DNA of 64,000 bases from an uncultured delta proteobacterium (lineage in GTDB: Bacteria; Myxococcota_A; Polyangia; Fen-1088): the NCBI GenBank assembly GCA_963755125.1, contig CAVWIP010000011.1:64001-128000 (forward strand), written 5' to 3'. The notes beneath the pieces were generated by a model. That model was not told where the DNA came from, made no database searches, and saw nothing but the letters and a program-made list of their open reading frames with translations. The stretch's first letter is position 1. Every line of letters starts with the position of its first letter. Made by a program: the position numbers and the translations under genes. This document shows positions 32,819 through 42,424 of this stretch, piece after piece.

Positions 32819-33748
32819 TCAGCCCGTCAGATCCAGATCACCAACTATCGCCCGCAGCAGGCCCTTGTGCTGGATGAGCAGCTCCTTGGCGCGCGCGGCG
32901 TTCACGCGCGCATGATGCATGACCAAAGCGACCTTGGCTCGTCCGCCCGCCTTCTTGATCAGCTTCACCGCCTCCTCGGCCGGCAGATTGGTCAGTCGGG
33001 TCACCACGCTGATGGCGCGCTGCCAGCCACGCGGCGTGGTGGGCCGCACATCCACCATGAGTCCGCCGTAAGTCTTGCCCAGGCGAACGAACGCCGCGCT
33101 GGAGACGGACTCGATCGCCACCTTGATGGCCGTGCCGGCCTTGAGTCGCGTGCAGCCAGCGATCATCTCGGGACCGGGGACGAGATCGATCACGACGTCA
33201 GCCAGCGGTTCGGCTGAGGGCATCGGCCCGGCGCAGGTGAGCAAGATGATGGCCGCGCGACGGAAACGCGCGTATTCCAGCGCGGCCTGCAGAAATGGCG
33301 AGATCGCGACATCGGCGACCGCGCAGACCACGTCCTGCGGCCCCACCGCCGCCCGGCGCATGCGCTGGTCGGCCTCACGCGGGTCGTCCTGCGCCGCCTC
33401 GGCCACGCGAGCCAGGGCGTGCGGCCCACCCGCGATAATCGACACCACCAGCGACGGTGGCAGGCCGAAAGCCGGCACGCACTCGGCCGCCTCCAGCGCA
33501 CCCAGCCGGCCCGCCGTGCCCGTGCCCAGGTAGACCAGGCGTCCCCCGGCCGCGAGCTTGTCAGCCATGAGCTGCGCCGCGGAGGCCAGCGCCGCAGCCC
33601 GCGCCCGCACCGCCTTCACCGCGTTGACTTCCTCGTCGACCAGCAGCTTGACCACCTCCTCGGGTGGAAGCGAGTCCAGCATACCGGCGCGCGGATTCTC
33701 CACCTCTTGCAATGGATCGTCTTCGGATTGCGAACGGGAGCGCGCCAT
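32819..33748 (-). CDS. MurQ (MurNAc-6-P etherase)-like SIS protein with divergent active site
   Basis: GGRLVYLGTGTAGRLGALEAAECVPAFG, IIAGG, GPEMIAGCTRLKAGTA.K, GKTYGGLMVDV. Confidence 0.85.
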   Translation of the reverse strand: MARSRSQSEDDPLQEVENPRAGMLDSLPPEEVVKLLVDEEVNAVKAVRARAAALASAAQLMADKLAAGGRLVYLGTGTAGRLGALEAAECVPAFGLPPSLVVSIIAGGPHALARVAEAAQDDPREADQRMRRAAVGPQDVVCAVADVAISPFLQAALEYARFRRAAIILLTCAGPMPSAEPLADVVIDLVPGPEMIAGCTRLKAGTAIKVAIESVSSAAFVRLGKTYGGLMVDVRPTTPRGWQRAISVVTRLTNLPAEEAVKLIKKAGGRAKVALVMHHARVNAARAKELLIQHKGLLRAIVGDLDLTG

Positions 33749-33813
33749 GGGCCACGATTGTCGCCCGGGAGCGCGAGGGTGGAAAGAAATTCGGTTGACC
33801 TGGGTTTTTCCCT

Positions 33814-34905
33814 TCACGCCCATGGAGTATTCAAGACCGGCCGGATTCGCAGAGTGGATGTCGCGGATCGTGCCGGCAGTCCGGCCAGGCTGGCCGATCG
33901 CGAGCCGGAAGTCGCGCGCTCGCGCACTGGGCGGGAAGCAAAGTCCGGGCAGCTCTTTCCGTGGCCGAGGACCATTCTGGCCAAGATCAGGCCGAAGGCG
34001 ATCCATGCGCCGCTTCGCAACCGGCGCAACAACACCAGCGCCATGGCCGTGGGAGCGTCCACGCCCAATGCAACGCAGGCGGCAAAGACCGTAGCTTCGA
34101 CGACGCCCATCTGGCCGGGGATGGCAGTGCCCAGCACCGACGCGACCAGGGATGCGGCCCCCAGCCAGGGCGCAAGCATAGGGCTCACGCCCAGCAATGC
34201 CAGGAGCAACGCCATCTCGGCAACGATCCACAGTCTGCCTGCCAGATGAAGCAGCACGCTTCCCAGCACGAGCCGCGGCTGCGCAAGCAAAGCCGTGCGA
34301 GCGGCTTCCAGGATTCGGGCGAATCGCGCCAGGCGACCGGATCGGGCGCTCCACCGGCGCAGAGGCGCGACGAGGATGAGGAGCGCGACCCCGAGCACGG
34401 CGGCCAGGCTGGTCGCGCCCGCCCAGGCGCAGGTGTGCGCGCCCATTGGCGACTTGGCAGCCCACGGGAGAAACGCCGCGCCGACGAGGCACAGTGCCGT
34501 TGACGCTATGAAGGTGCCGTTGTCGAGCGCCAATGGAACGATGGCGCGGCTCCTCACATTCGGGTGAAACACCAGCGCCTTGAGCGGCTCGCCCGCCACA
34601 CCAGCGCCCAGTTCGTTGGCCGCCTGGGACGCCACATAGGTTGCAACCGCGATCGCCGGTCGGGGACGCAGCGATTTGGGCAGAAGCACGAGCCAGCCGC
34701 AACAGTGCAGGACCATTCCAACAACGGGTGCCACAAGAACCAAGACGAAATTCGGGCCAACCCGTTCAATGCTCCGCAAGACCGGCTCCGCGCCCACCCG
34801 CCGCAACAGCACAACCAAAGCCGCTGCGCCCGCTGCCAACAAAGCCACGCTGAGCCAGCCTGTGCCGCGAAACGGTTTGCTGGAGCCCATCTCCATTGAA
34901 CGCAT
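33814..34905 (-). CDS. lysylphosphatidylglycerol synthase-like TM domain protein (UPF0104)
   Basis: Multi-TM; ANEL...GVAGEPLK, IPGQMGVVE, LLRRLR. Confidence 0.75.
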   Translation of the reverse strand: MRSMEMGSSKPFRGTGWLSVALLAAGAAALVVLLRRVGAEPVLRSIERVGPNFVLVLVAPVVGMVLHCCGWLVLLPKSLRPRPAIAVATYVASQAANELGAGVAGEPLKALVFHPNVRSRAIVPLALDNGTFIASTALCLVGAAFLPWAAKSPMGAHTCAWAGATSLAAVLGVALLILVAPLRRWSARSGRLARFARILEAARTALLAQPRLVLGSVLLHLAGRLWIVAEMALLLALLGVSPMLAPWLGAASLVASVLGTAIPGQMGVVEATVFAACVALGVDAPTAMALVLLRRLRSGAWIAFGLILARMVLGHGKSCPDFASRPVRERATSGSRSASLAGLPARSATSTLRIRPVLNTPWA

Positions 34906-35108
34906 GGTGATAGTGGATTCTGCAAACCCGGGACCAGTGCCCCACAGCCGGCCAGACTGGCCTCTACGCGCCCGGCGTGTTCAGGACTTGACAGATTCGC
35001 CTTGTGACTGGCTGATTTTCAACGCCGACGGGCTGAAAGCACCCGCAAGTCATCGCGACCGGCGCCGAGCGTTCCGGGTGTATAGTGGCGGCCGGGGGAG
35101 GGACGACT

Positions 35109-36812
35109 ATGTTGATGCGACTCATCCATCAAACTGCCCTGGTTCTGGCAGCCGCAGGCACGGCAGCCTGCTCAAGCACTGAGCAGTCGGCGATGAATCC
35201 GGACGCCGGGCCGGGGGTCGTCACCACGCCAGGCAGCACCACCATGCACGACTTCACCTCGGTCAGCGCAGGTGTCTGGCACACTTGCGGCCTGATGACT
35301 GACGATACCGTGGTGTGCTGGGGGACCGCGAACTTTGGTGAGGCCACGCCACCCCAAGACACCTTCATCTCTGTCAGCGCGGGTCAGTTCTATACATGTG
35401 GCCTGAAGACCGACGGTACCATTGCCTGCTGGGGCGACAACACCTACGGCAAGGCCACGCCGCCCGCGGGAACATACACCTCCGTCAGCGCGGGTGAGTT
35501 CCACGCATGTGGCGTGAAGACCGACGGTACCGTTACCTGCTGGGGCGACAACACCTACGACGAGGCCACGCCACCCACGGGAACCTTCACCTCTGTCAGC
35601 GCGGGTGAGGCCTACACATGCGGAGTGAAGACCGATGGTACCGTTGCGTGCTGGGGCACGGACTACTTCGGCGAGACCAAGCCGCCCAAAGGCACCTTCA
35701 CCTCTGTCAGCGCAGGTTCTGACCACACCTGTGGCCTCAAGACAGGCGGCAGCGTTGCCTGCTGGGGCAACAACACCTACGGCCAATCATCACCGCCCGG
35801 AGGCACCTTCACCTGTGTCAGCGTTGGCGACCTGTTCACGTGCGGCGTGAGGACCGACGCAACCATGGCGTGCTGGCCCGCCAACACGCTCAGCGCATCC
35901 ACCTCGCGTCCAGGCACGTTCACCTCTGTCAGCGTCGGGGTATTTGACACATGCGGGGTGAGGACCGACGGAAGCATCTCCTGCTGGGGCGACAACCAGC
36001 ACGACGAAGCCACGCCGCTGCCAGACCCTCTGGTGTCCCTCAGCGTGAGTGAGACGCACAGGTGTGGGGTGAGATCTGACGGTACCGTCGCATGCAACGG
36101 GGACAACTCCAGCGGTGAAATCGCGCCGCCAGATGGGACGTTCGCGTCGGTCAGCGCGGGCTCCTTCTTCACGTGCGGCGTGCGCACCGACAGCACCATC
36201 GCCTGCTGGGGAACGGGCTACCCCAACGGCGATGCCGCCAAGCCTCTTCCAGGAACATTTTCGTCCGTCAGCGCAGGTACCGGAGACACATGCGGCGTGA
36301 AGACCGACGGTACCGTCGCTTGCTGGGGCGACGACATCTCCGGCCAAGCCGTGCCGCCCGCTGGCACCTTCACCTCCGTCAGCGCCTCCGCTGGAGGCGA
36401 GTTGGGTGGCTTTTATGCCTGTGGCGTAAGAACCGACGGCACCGTCGCCTGCTGGGGCGACAACACCAAGGGTGAGTCCTCGCCACCCGCTGGCACCTTC
36501 GCCTCTGTCAGCACGGGCTGCGAGTCCACGTGCGGCCTGAAGACCGACGGTACCGTGGCCTGCTGGGGCGACAACACCTACGGCCAATCCTCGCCGCCCG
36601 CTGGCACTTTCACCGCCGTCAGCGCGGGTTGCGATTTTGCGTGCGGCCTCAAGACCGACGGAACCATTGCTTGCTGGGGCGACAACACCTGGGGCGAATC
36701 ATCGCCGCCGACTGGCACTTTCACCGCCGTCAGCGCGGGACTCGGCTACGCGTGCGCGCTTGACCAGAACGGCATCACCGTCTGCTGGGGTGCGGATCGG
36801 ACAGCCCCATAG
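35109..36812 (+). CDS. RCC1/BLIP-II-like repeat lipoprotein (14 repeats)
   Basis: Lipobox TAAC; ~37-aa (111-bp) repeats FTSVSAG..HTCG.KTDGTVACWGDN.YG...PP.GT. Confidence 0.92.
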   Translation: MLMRLIHQTALVLAAAGTAACSSTEQSAMNPDAGPGVVTTPGSTTMHDFTSVSAGVWHTCGLMTDDTVVCWGTANFGEATPPQDTFISVSAGQFYTCGLKTDGTIACWGDNTYGKATPPAGTYTSVSAGEFHACGVKTDGTVTCWGDNTYDEATPPTGTFTSVSAGEAYTCGVKTDGTVACWGTDYFGETKPPKGTFTSVSAGSDHTCGLKTGGSVACWGNNTYGQSSPPGGTFTCVSVGDLFTCGVRTDATMACWPANTLSASTSRPGTFTSVSVGVFDTCGVRTDGSISCWGDNQHDEATPLPDPLVSLSVSETHRCGVRSDGTVACNGDNSSGEIAPPDGTFASVSAGSFFTCGVRTDSTIACWGTGYPNGDAAKPLPGTFSSVSAGTGDTCGVKTDGTVACWGDDISGQAVPPAGTFTSVSASAGGELGGFYACGVRTDGTVACWGDNTKGESSPPAGTFASVSTGCESTCGLKTDGTVACWGDNTYGQSSPPAGTFTAVSAGCDFACGLKTDGTIACWGDNTWGESSPPTGTFTAVSAGLGYACALDQNGITVCWGADRTAP

Positions 36813-36836
36813 CCCGCCTACTCGCGCGCGCGCCGC

Positions 36837-37646
36837 CTACTTCAATCCCAGCACGGCGCGCATGTCGAAAAGACCAGGCGGCCGGCCGTGTAGCCAGAGG
36901 GCCGCGCGGACTGCGCCGCGGGCAAAGGTTTCGCGCGAGGAGGCCCGGTGGGTGATCTCGATGCGGTCGCCTTGGCCAAGGAAAAACACGGTGTGATCGC
37001 CGACCACGTCCCCGCCGCGCACAGTCTGAATGCCGATCTCGTCGGCGGCGCGCGGCCCGATGTCGCCGTGCCGCTCATAGCGCGCGCTCTCGCCGAGATC
37101 GCGGCCCGTGGCCTCGGCCACTGCCTCGGCCAGGCGCAGGGCCGTGCCCGAAGGCGCGTCGCGCTTGGCCCGGTGGTGCGCTTCCACGATTTCAATGTCG
37201 TAGGCCGAACCAAGCGTGCGGGCCGCGTCCGCCACCAAGCGCAGCATCACGTTCACGCCCACTGACATGTTGGGCGCCAGCACGATGGCGACTTTCTTCG
37301 CCGCCGAGGCAATCGCATCCTTATCTTGGCCGGAAAGCCCGGTGGTGCCGAGCACCAGGGCCGCACCGGCCTGGGCCGCGGCGCTGGCATTGGCCACGGC
37401 CACGCCGGGTGAGGAAAAGTCGATCCACACGTCGGCCGCGCCTTGGCCGGGCCGGTCCGCCTGCACGCGCACTCCGCTTTCGGGCAATCCCGCCAGACGG
37501 CTCGCATCCGCGCCCATCGCGGGAAAATCAGGGCGCTCGACCGCGGCCACCAAACGCGCGGCCGGCGTCTCGGCAATGGCGCGCACGATGAGGCCGCCCA
37601 TCTTGCCTGCGGCCCCGAACACGGCGATGCGTACAGCCTCGGCCAT
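36837..37646 (-). CDS. dapB: 4-hydroxy-tetrahydrodipicolinate reductase
   Basis: GAAGKMG, DVWIDFS, GTTG, APNMSVGVN, EAHHRAKRDAPSGTA, RGGDVVGDH. Confidence 0.97.
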   Translation of the reverse strand: MAEAVRIAVFGAAGKMGGLIVRAIAETPAARLVAAVERPDFPAMGADASRLAGLPESGVRVQADRPGQGAADVWIDFSSPGVAVANASAAAQAGAALVLGTTGLSGQDKDAIASAAKKVAIVLAPNMSVGVNVMLRLVADAARTLGSAYDIEIVEAHHRAKRDAPSGTALRLAEAVAEATGRDLGESARYERHGDIGPRAADEIGIQTVRGGDVVGDHTVFFLGQGDRIEITHRASSRETFARGAVRAALWLHGRPPGLFDMRAVLGLK

Positions 37647-37656
37647 GGCGTCCCCG

Positions 37657-38529
37657 TCAGATGAGTTTGAGGTCAGCGAGAATCCTACGCACCTTCTCGC
37701 GATTGGCCCCGGCCATCGGGTAGAGCGGAGACCGGATCTCATCGCTGATCTTGCCCATCATGGCCAGCGCGGCTTTCACCGGAATGGGATTGGCCTCGAT
37801 GAACAGTCCTTCGGAAAGCGGGAACAAGCGATAGTGCAGCTCGCGCGCCTTGTTCCAGTTGCCCGCGGCCGCCGCGTCCCACATGGCCGACATGTCGGCA
37901 GGTGCCACATTGGACACCACCGAGATGCAGCCGTGCGCGCCCAGGGCGTACAGTGGGAAAGCTGTGGCATCATCGCCTGACAGGACCACCATGCGGTCAC
38001 CCACGCGCGAGATGATCTGCGCCGCCCGCTGCGCCGAACCCGTGGCCTCCTTGATGCCCACCACCAGCGGCACCTCGCATAGGCGCGCCATGGTTTCGGG
38101 CAGAAGGTCACAGCCCGTGCGCCCCGGCACGTTGTACACCAACATGGGCAATGGCACGGCGTCGGCGATAGCCTTGAAGTGACGGAAGAGTCCGTCCTGC
38201 GTGGGCCGGTTGTAGTAGGGCGTGACCTGCAGGGTGCCGTCAGCGCCCACCGCGCGCGCCTCGCTCGTCAGCTCGATGGCCTCGCGGGTGGAGTTGGCGC
38301 CTGTTCCGGCAATCACCGGCACACGCCTGCGCGTCTCTTCCACCACGATCTTGATGATGCGGATGTGCTCCTCGACCGTGACCGTGGGCGACTCGCCGGT
38401 GGTTCCCACCGGCACGAATCCGTCGATGCCCGCGCGGATCTGCTCGTCGACCAGCCGGCGCAGGGCCTCCTCGTCGACGGCGTCGCCGCGAAATGGTGTG
38501 ACCAGTGCCGTGATGACTCCCTTGAACAT
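37657..38529 (-). CDS. dapA: 4-hydroxy-tetrahydrodipicolinate synthase
   Basis: TALVTPF, GTTGES, PYYNRP, YNVPGRTG, GIKEATG, NPIPVK. Confidence 0.98.
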   Translation of the reverse strand: MFKGVITALVTPFRGDAVDEEALRRLVDEQIRAGIDGFVPVGTTGESPTVTVEEHIRIIKIVVEETRRRVPVIAGTGANSTREAIELTSEARAVGADGTLQVTPYYNRPTQDGLFRHFKAIADAVPLPMLVYNVPGRTGCDLLPETMARLCEVPLVVGIKEATGSAQRAAQIISRVGDRMVVLSGDDATAFPLYALGAHGCISVVSNVAPADMSAMWDAAAAGNWNKARELHYRLFPLSEGLFIEANPIPVKAALAMMGKISDEIRSPLYPMAGANREKVRRILADLKLI

Positions 38530-38582
38530 GGGCCCGAACCTAGCACGTCTTGGCCATTCGGGTCAGCCGCGCTGGAGCCTGG

Positions 38583-40616
38583 CTACTCGCGCATCACACC
38601 GGAAATCCGCACCCGCGCCCCGGCCGCCACGGGTTCGGAGCTCTCGACGATGACCGCGTCGCCGGCATCCAGGCCCTGGGTGATGACGACGTCGGCGGCG
38701 GTTCGGTCAGCCACCGCCACGCTGCGCGCCTCGGCCCGCCCGGTCGGCGCCACCAGCAGCACGCGATCGCTGTCGCTCACGCGCGACAACGCCGAGGCCG
38801 GCACCAGATACGCGTCGGCCAGACGCGCGCGTGCCAGACGCGCCCGTTGTCCGGCTGCCGTCGCCGCTTCCGGCGCCATCTCGATGACCACGTGGGTTTC
38901 GTCACCGCCGTCGGAGGCCAGGCTGCAAGCTACAGCCCGTCCCTCGATTTCGGCCACACAGAAGCCTTGCTTGCGAACGCGCGCGGCCTGCGTGCGCGGC
39001 AGCTCGAAGTTGGCGCGCCAACCCGCTGATCGCAGGCGCACCGCCGGCGCGCCAGGCCGCACCGTCTGCCCCAGGGTGGCCAGCGCCGCCTCGATCTGGC
39101 CCGAGCCCTGGGCCACGACCGCCACGCGCGACAGGGCAGCCTGCGTCTGCCCGACCAAACCTGCGTTGAACTCGACCTTGGCCCGCGCCGCGCTGGCCCG
39201 CTTGTCGTCGCCCGCGTCGGTCGCGGCCAGTTGCTCGAAGTGGGCGAGCCGTTCCTGCAGGCGGGCCAGATCGGCCAGCAGCGAGCGGGCCGCGTCGGTC
39301 GCGGCCACCACATCGCCAGCCCGCAGCGAGATCCCCACGGACGCGATCTGGATCACCTTGCCGCCCGCAGGGAAGCCCAGCACCTCGCCAGGCAGCTTCT
39401 CCACGGGCGCGGTGCCGTCGAACCAGCGCACAACAGCGGTTGGTTTGGCGACAAGGACGCGTGTGCGCACGGCCGGAGGTGGTTGCGTGTTCACCGCCCA
39501 TGGCACCACCAACGTGCCCACGCCCAGGGCCGCCAGGGTGCCGAGCACGGCGTGGAGAATCCATGGGACACCCCGCCCTGTCGTGGGCCGCGCGGATACC
39601 GGCGTGACATAGGGAGGAGGTGTCACCAGCGGCGGCGGGGTCAACATTCCACGGGGGCCTGGCGTCAATGTGCGGGCTTCGCCCCAGACACCGCGCGGCC
39701 GCCCGGCGCCGTCAGCAGTTTCAGCAGCAGACGTGCGACCACGGGGCGGCCTCTCCCGCAGGGGAGGCGGCGTCCGCGCTTCGAGCGGAATCGGAGGTGG
39801 GGTCTCGGCCAGCAGGGCAGAGGGTAGCGTTTCCATCGCGACCGGCGATGGCTCCTGCACCGACGGGCTGACCGGCGACTCAGGAGGCACCTCGACCGGC
39901 GCGGCAGCCGCGGCCGGCAGCGACGGCTGGGCCTGCGACAGAACGTCGGGCTGCGGTGTCGCCACTGTGGGCGTCTCGGCCGTGGGCAGAGCATCCGAGG
40001 ACGGCGTGGCGGCCGATGCCGTCTCTGCCGCCGGCGGCTCAGGCTCCGCCGCAGCCGGTGGCGATTCCGGCGCAGGAGGTGGCTCGAATGACGCCGGGCC
40101 TGGCGTGGGCGCACCGTTGTCAACGGGCTCGGGTTCCGAAATGACCGGCACTGGCGTCTTTTCAGCCGCGGGTTCCGAAATGACAGGCACCGGCGTCTTT
40201 TCAGCCGCGGGTTCCGAGATGACCGGTACCGGCGTCTTCACGTCCTCGGGTTGCGACGGAGCCGGCGTCTGTGCGGCCGCCGCGGTCATGCGCGTGATGT
40301 GTGCCGGCCTATCCTCAGGCGCAACACCCGGAGTTCCTGCCTTGCCCGACACCAGGAAGCCGAGCTGGTCAAGACGATCGGCGAATGCCATGAGTTGCTC
40401 GACCGTCAGCTCCAGCCCGGTCGAGAGCCGCACCCAGGCGATGACCTTGCTCAGAGGCCGGCCGTCGAACGCGAGAGCAACCGAATACTCGTAGCCAAAG
40501 AGACGGAAAGTCGATCCCAGCTTGGGATCGCAGACGTCGACGCACCTGACGCCATCTTCGCTTTGCAAGATGGTCGAAACCAGATCGCGCCGCAAGCGCG
40601 GCCCGTCAAACGTCAT
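38583..40616 (-). CDS. membrane-fusion (periplasmic adaptor)-like protein with N-terminal winged-helix/PqqD-like domain and Pro-rich linker
   Basis: N-terminal PRLRRDL...DPKLG..F.L...EY.VA..FDG; Pro/Glu linker; one TM; lipoyl/beta-barrel-like C-terminus VPASAL...GL.AGD.VI. Confidence 0.65.
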   Translation of the reverse strand: MTFDGPRLRRDLVSTILQSEDGVRCVDVCDPKLGSTFRLFGYEYSVALAFDGRPLSKVIAWVRLSTGLELTVEQLMAFADRLDQLGFLVSGKAGTPGVAPEDRPAHITRMTAAAAQTPAPSQPEDVKTPVPVISEPAAEKTPVPVISEPAAEKTPVPVISEPEPVDNGAPTPGPASFEPPPAPESPPAAAEPEPPAAETASAATPSSDALPTAETPTVATPQPDVLSQAQPSLPAAAAAPVEVPPESPVSPSVQEPSPVAMETLPSALLAETPPPIPLEARTPPPLRERPPRGRTSAAETADGAGRPRGVWGEARTLTPGPRGMLTPPPLVTPPPYVTPVSARPTTGRGVPWILHAVLGTLAALGVGTLVVPWAVNTQPPPAVRTRVLVAKPTAVVRWFDGTAPVEKLPGEVLGFPAGGKVIQIASVGISLRAGDVVAATDAARSLLADLARLQERLAHFEQLAATDAGDDKRASAARAKVEFNAGLVGQTQAALSRVAVVAQGSGQIEAALATLGQTVRPGAPAVRLRSAGWRANFELPRTQAARVRKQGFCVAEIEGRAVACSLASDGGDETHVVIEMAPEAATAAGQRARLARARLADAYLVPASALSRVSDSDRVLLVAPTGRAEARSVAVADRTAADVVITQGLDAGDAVIVESSEPVAAGARVRISGVMRE
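40130..40238 (-). repeat. 39-bp coding tandem repeat x~3 (KTPVPVISEPAAE)
   Basis: Units at 40130, 40169 and 40208. Confidence 0.9.
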
Positions 40617-40660
40617 GCTTGCATCTTTACCCGCGGATCACGCCGGAGCCAACCCTAGAG

Positions 40661-41905
40661 TCAGCGTGCCAATAGCTCTTCGTAGACGCGGAGGAGCCGC
40701 TGGGCGATGGCGGTCCAATCGTAGTCTTTTTCCACCAGTGCCCGCGCCTCCCGCGTCAGGCAGGCGGCGAGCGCGCGATCGGTCAGCAGACGCGCCACCG
40801 CTGCCGCGAAATTCTCGGCGTCGTTGGCCACCAGCAGGTGCTTTCCGTTCTCGACGGCAAGTCCCTCACAGCCAAGCGGCGTGGAAACCACCGGCCGTCC
40901 CAGGGCCATGGCCTCGAGAATCTTCAGGCGTGTTCCACCACCCGCGCGCAGAGGCACGACGGCGACGCGTGCGTCCTGGTAGAAAGGAAGGGGAGAGGGG
41001 ACGCGACCGACCAGGTCCATGTCGTCGCGTCCCGAGAACTCGCCGAGCACGCGCGGCGCACCTTCGCCCACGACAGTCAGACGGGCCTCGGGGATGTGCG
41101 CGCGCAGGGCCGGCAAGATGTTGCGCGCGAGGAAACGAACCGCGTCGATGTTGGGCGGGTAGCGCAGATGGCCCACGAAGATCAAACGCTTGCCGACTGC
41201 GGCCTCGGCAAGCGGGCGCAGGGCCGCCGTGTCCACGCCGTTGGGCACCAGCGAAACCGCGGTGCCAGCGGCCACGGCGCGCAGGCGCTCGGCCTCGGGG
41301 TCAGAGACTACCAGAGCGCGGTCGAAACGCGCAGCATGGCGAGCCTCCCATCCGCGCATGAGATACGCCTTGACCAGCCATCCCAGTTTCTCCACCGCGC
41401 CCGCGTGCATGCAAAGCATGGTGCGATACTGGCTCTCGCAAAAATTGTGGAACGAGAGGATGGTCCGGCAGGGCGAGCCCTCGGGCACGGCATCGCGGAA
41501 GTGCGCCAGGAAAGAATGCTCGATCTGAAGGATGTCGACGGTGCCGCTGCCGATCAGGTTGCGCAGCTTGTTTTCCAGGGAGCGCGAGCAATATGGCCAG
41601 GTGACCAGCGGCCGGCCACGCACCAGATGTCCCACCAGATCGCGCGCGCGTTCGATGTCCGAGCCGGCACGCATCACCGCCCACTCGACCCGCTCGCACA
41701 AAGGCGCCAGTGCCGGCACGTGGCGAGCCTCGTCAGCCGATTCGAGCATGGCAAAGAGCAGGACACGGTAGCGCTCAGCCACCTGACGAATGAGATTGAA
41801 ATAGCGAATGGCTCCGCCGCGGTCAGTGGGCCAGGGCAGGCCATAGGTCAACCACAGAACCGTCTTGCGCCGGTCAACCACTTCATCCTTTCCCGCTGCA
41901 GCCAT
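40661..41905 (-). CDS. GT4 family glycosyltransferase
   Basis: PWPTDRGG.IR, VPNGVD, FVG...YPPNIDA, PLRAGGGTRLKILEAMALGRPVVST. Confidence 0.92.
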   Translation of the reverse strand: MAAAGKDEVVDRRKTVLWLTYGLPWPTDRGGAIRYFNLIRQVAERYRVLLFAMLESADEARHVPALAPLCERVEWAVMRAGSDIERARDLVGHLVRGRPLVTWPYCSRSLENKLRNLIGSGTVDILQIEHSFLAHFRDAVPEGSPCRTILSFHNFCESQYRTMLCMHAGAVEKLGWLVKAYLMRGWEARHAARFDRALVVSDPEAERLRAVAAGTAVSLVPNGVDTAALRPLAEAAVGKRLIFVGHLRYPPNIDAVRFLARNILPALRAHIPEARLTVVGEGAPRVLGEFSGRDDMDLVGRVPSPLPFYQDARVAVVPLRAGGGTRLKILEAMALGRPVVSTPLGCEGLAVENGKHLLVANDAENFAAAVARLLTDRALAACLTREARALVEKDYDWTAIAQRLLRVYEELLAR

Positions 41906-41956
41906 GTCCGTCCCAGATCTGTCTGGGATCCCTCTCAACCGTCGGCGTGGCGCCGA

Positions 41957-42307
41957 TCAGGCCCACAGGCCGCTGCGCTGACGGCGCACGCGCCGGCAGT
42001 AGGCGTGAAGCATGCGCTGGTGCAACGACGCCATGGCAGTGAATCGCACACCCATGCCGTAGAAGTAGTCGTCCATGGTGTCCCGGCAGGTTTCGCCCGC
42101 AGCCCAGATGGTTTCGGGCATACCGGGCAACTTGAACTCCAGGCCCACCGGCGTGCGCGGCGGATTCGGATCCTGCAACAAGGTGTTGAGGAAGACTCCG
42201 CGCTCGCTGATGTCGACGGCAAGGCCGCGCTGGGGCCGATCCAGGACGTACGCGCAAAGAAGTGTCTCCAGAGGCAGACGATCATCGAATCGACGGTCCA
42301 AGTTCAT
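41957..42307 (-). CDS. PilZ domain protein
   Basis: RxxxR (DRRFDDR) and DISERG motifs, GMGVRF. Confidence 0.85.
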   Translation of the reverse strand: MNLDRRFDDRLPLETLLCAYVLDRPQRGLAVDISERGVFLNTLLQDPNPPRTPVGLEFKLPGMPETIWAAGETCRDTMDDYFYGMGVRFTAMASLHQRMLHAYCRRVRRQRSGLWA

Positions 42308-42424
42308 GGCGACCTCTCCTTTCGAGATGGCAGTCAAAGTGGGTTTATGTAGGATGAGAACCCACAAAGTGCGATTCGTCAAGTTTCACGTCCAGGCGGC
42401 GTGAGATACTGGAAAAACGCCCAC

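Noticed and set aside
33749..34702. 627-aa MurQ fusion in the ORF track
   Set aside because: The extension overlaps the UPF0104 gene and is Arg/Gly/Pro-rich shadow translation.
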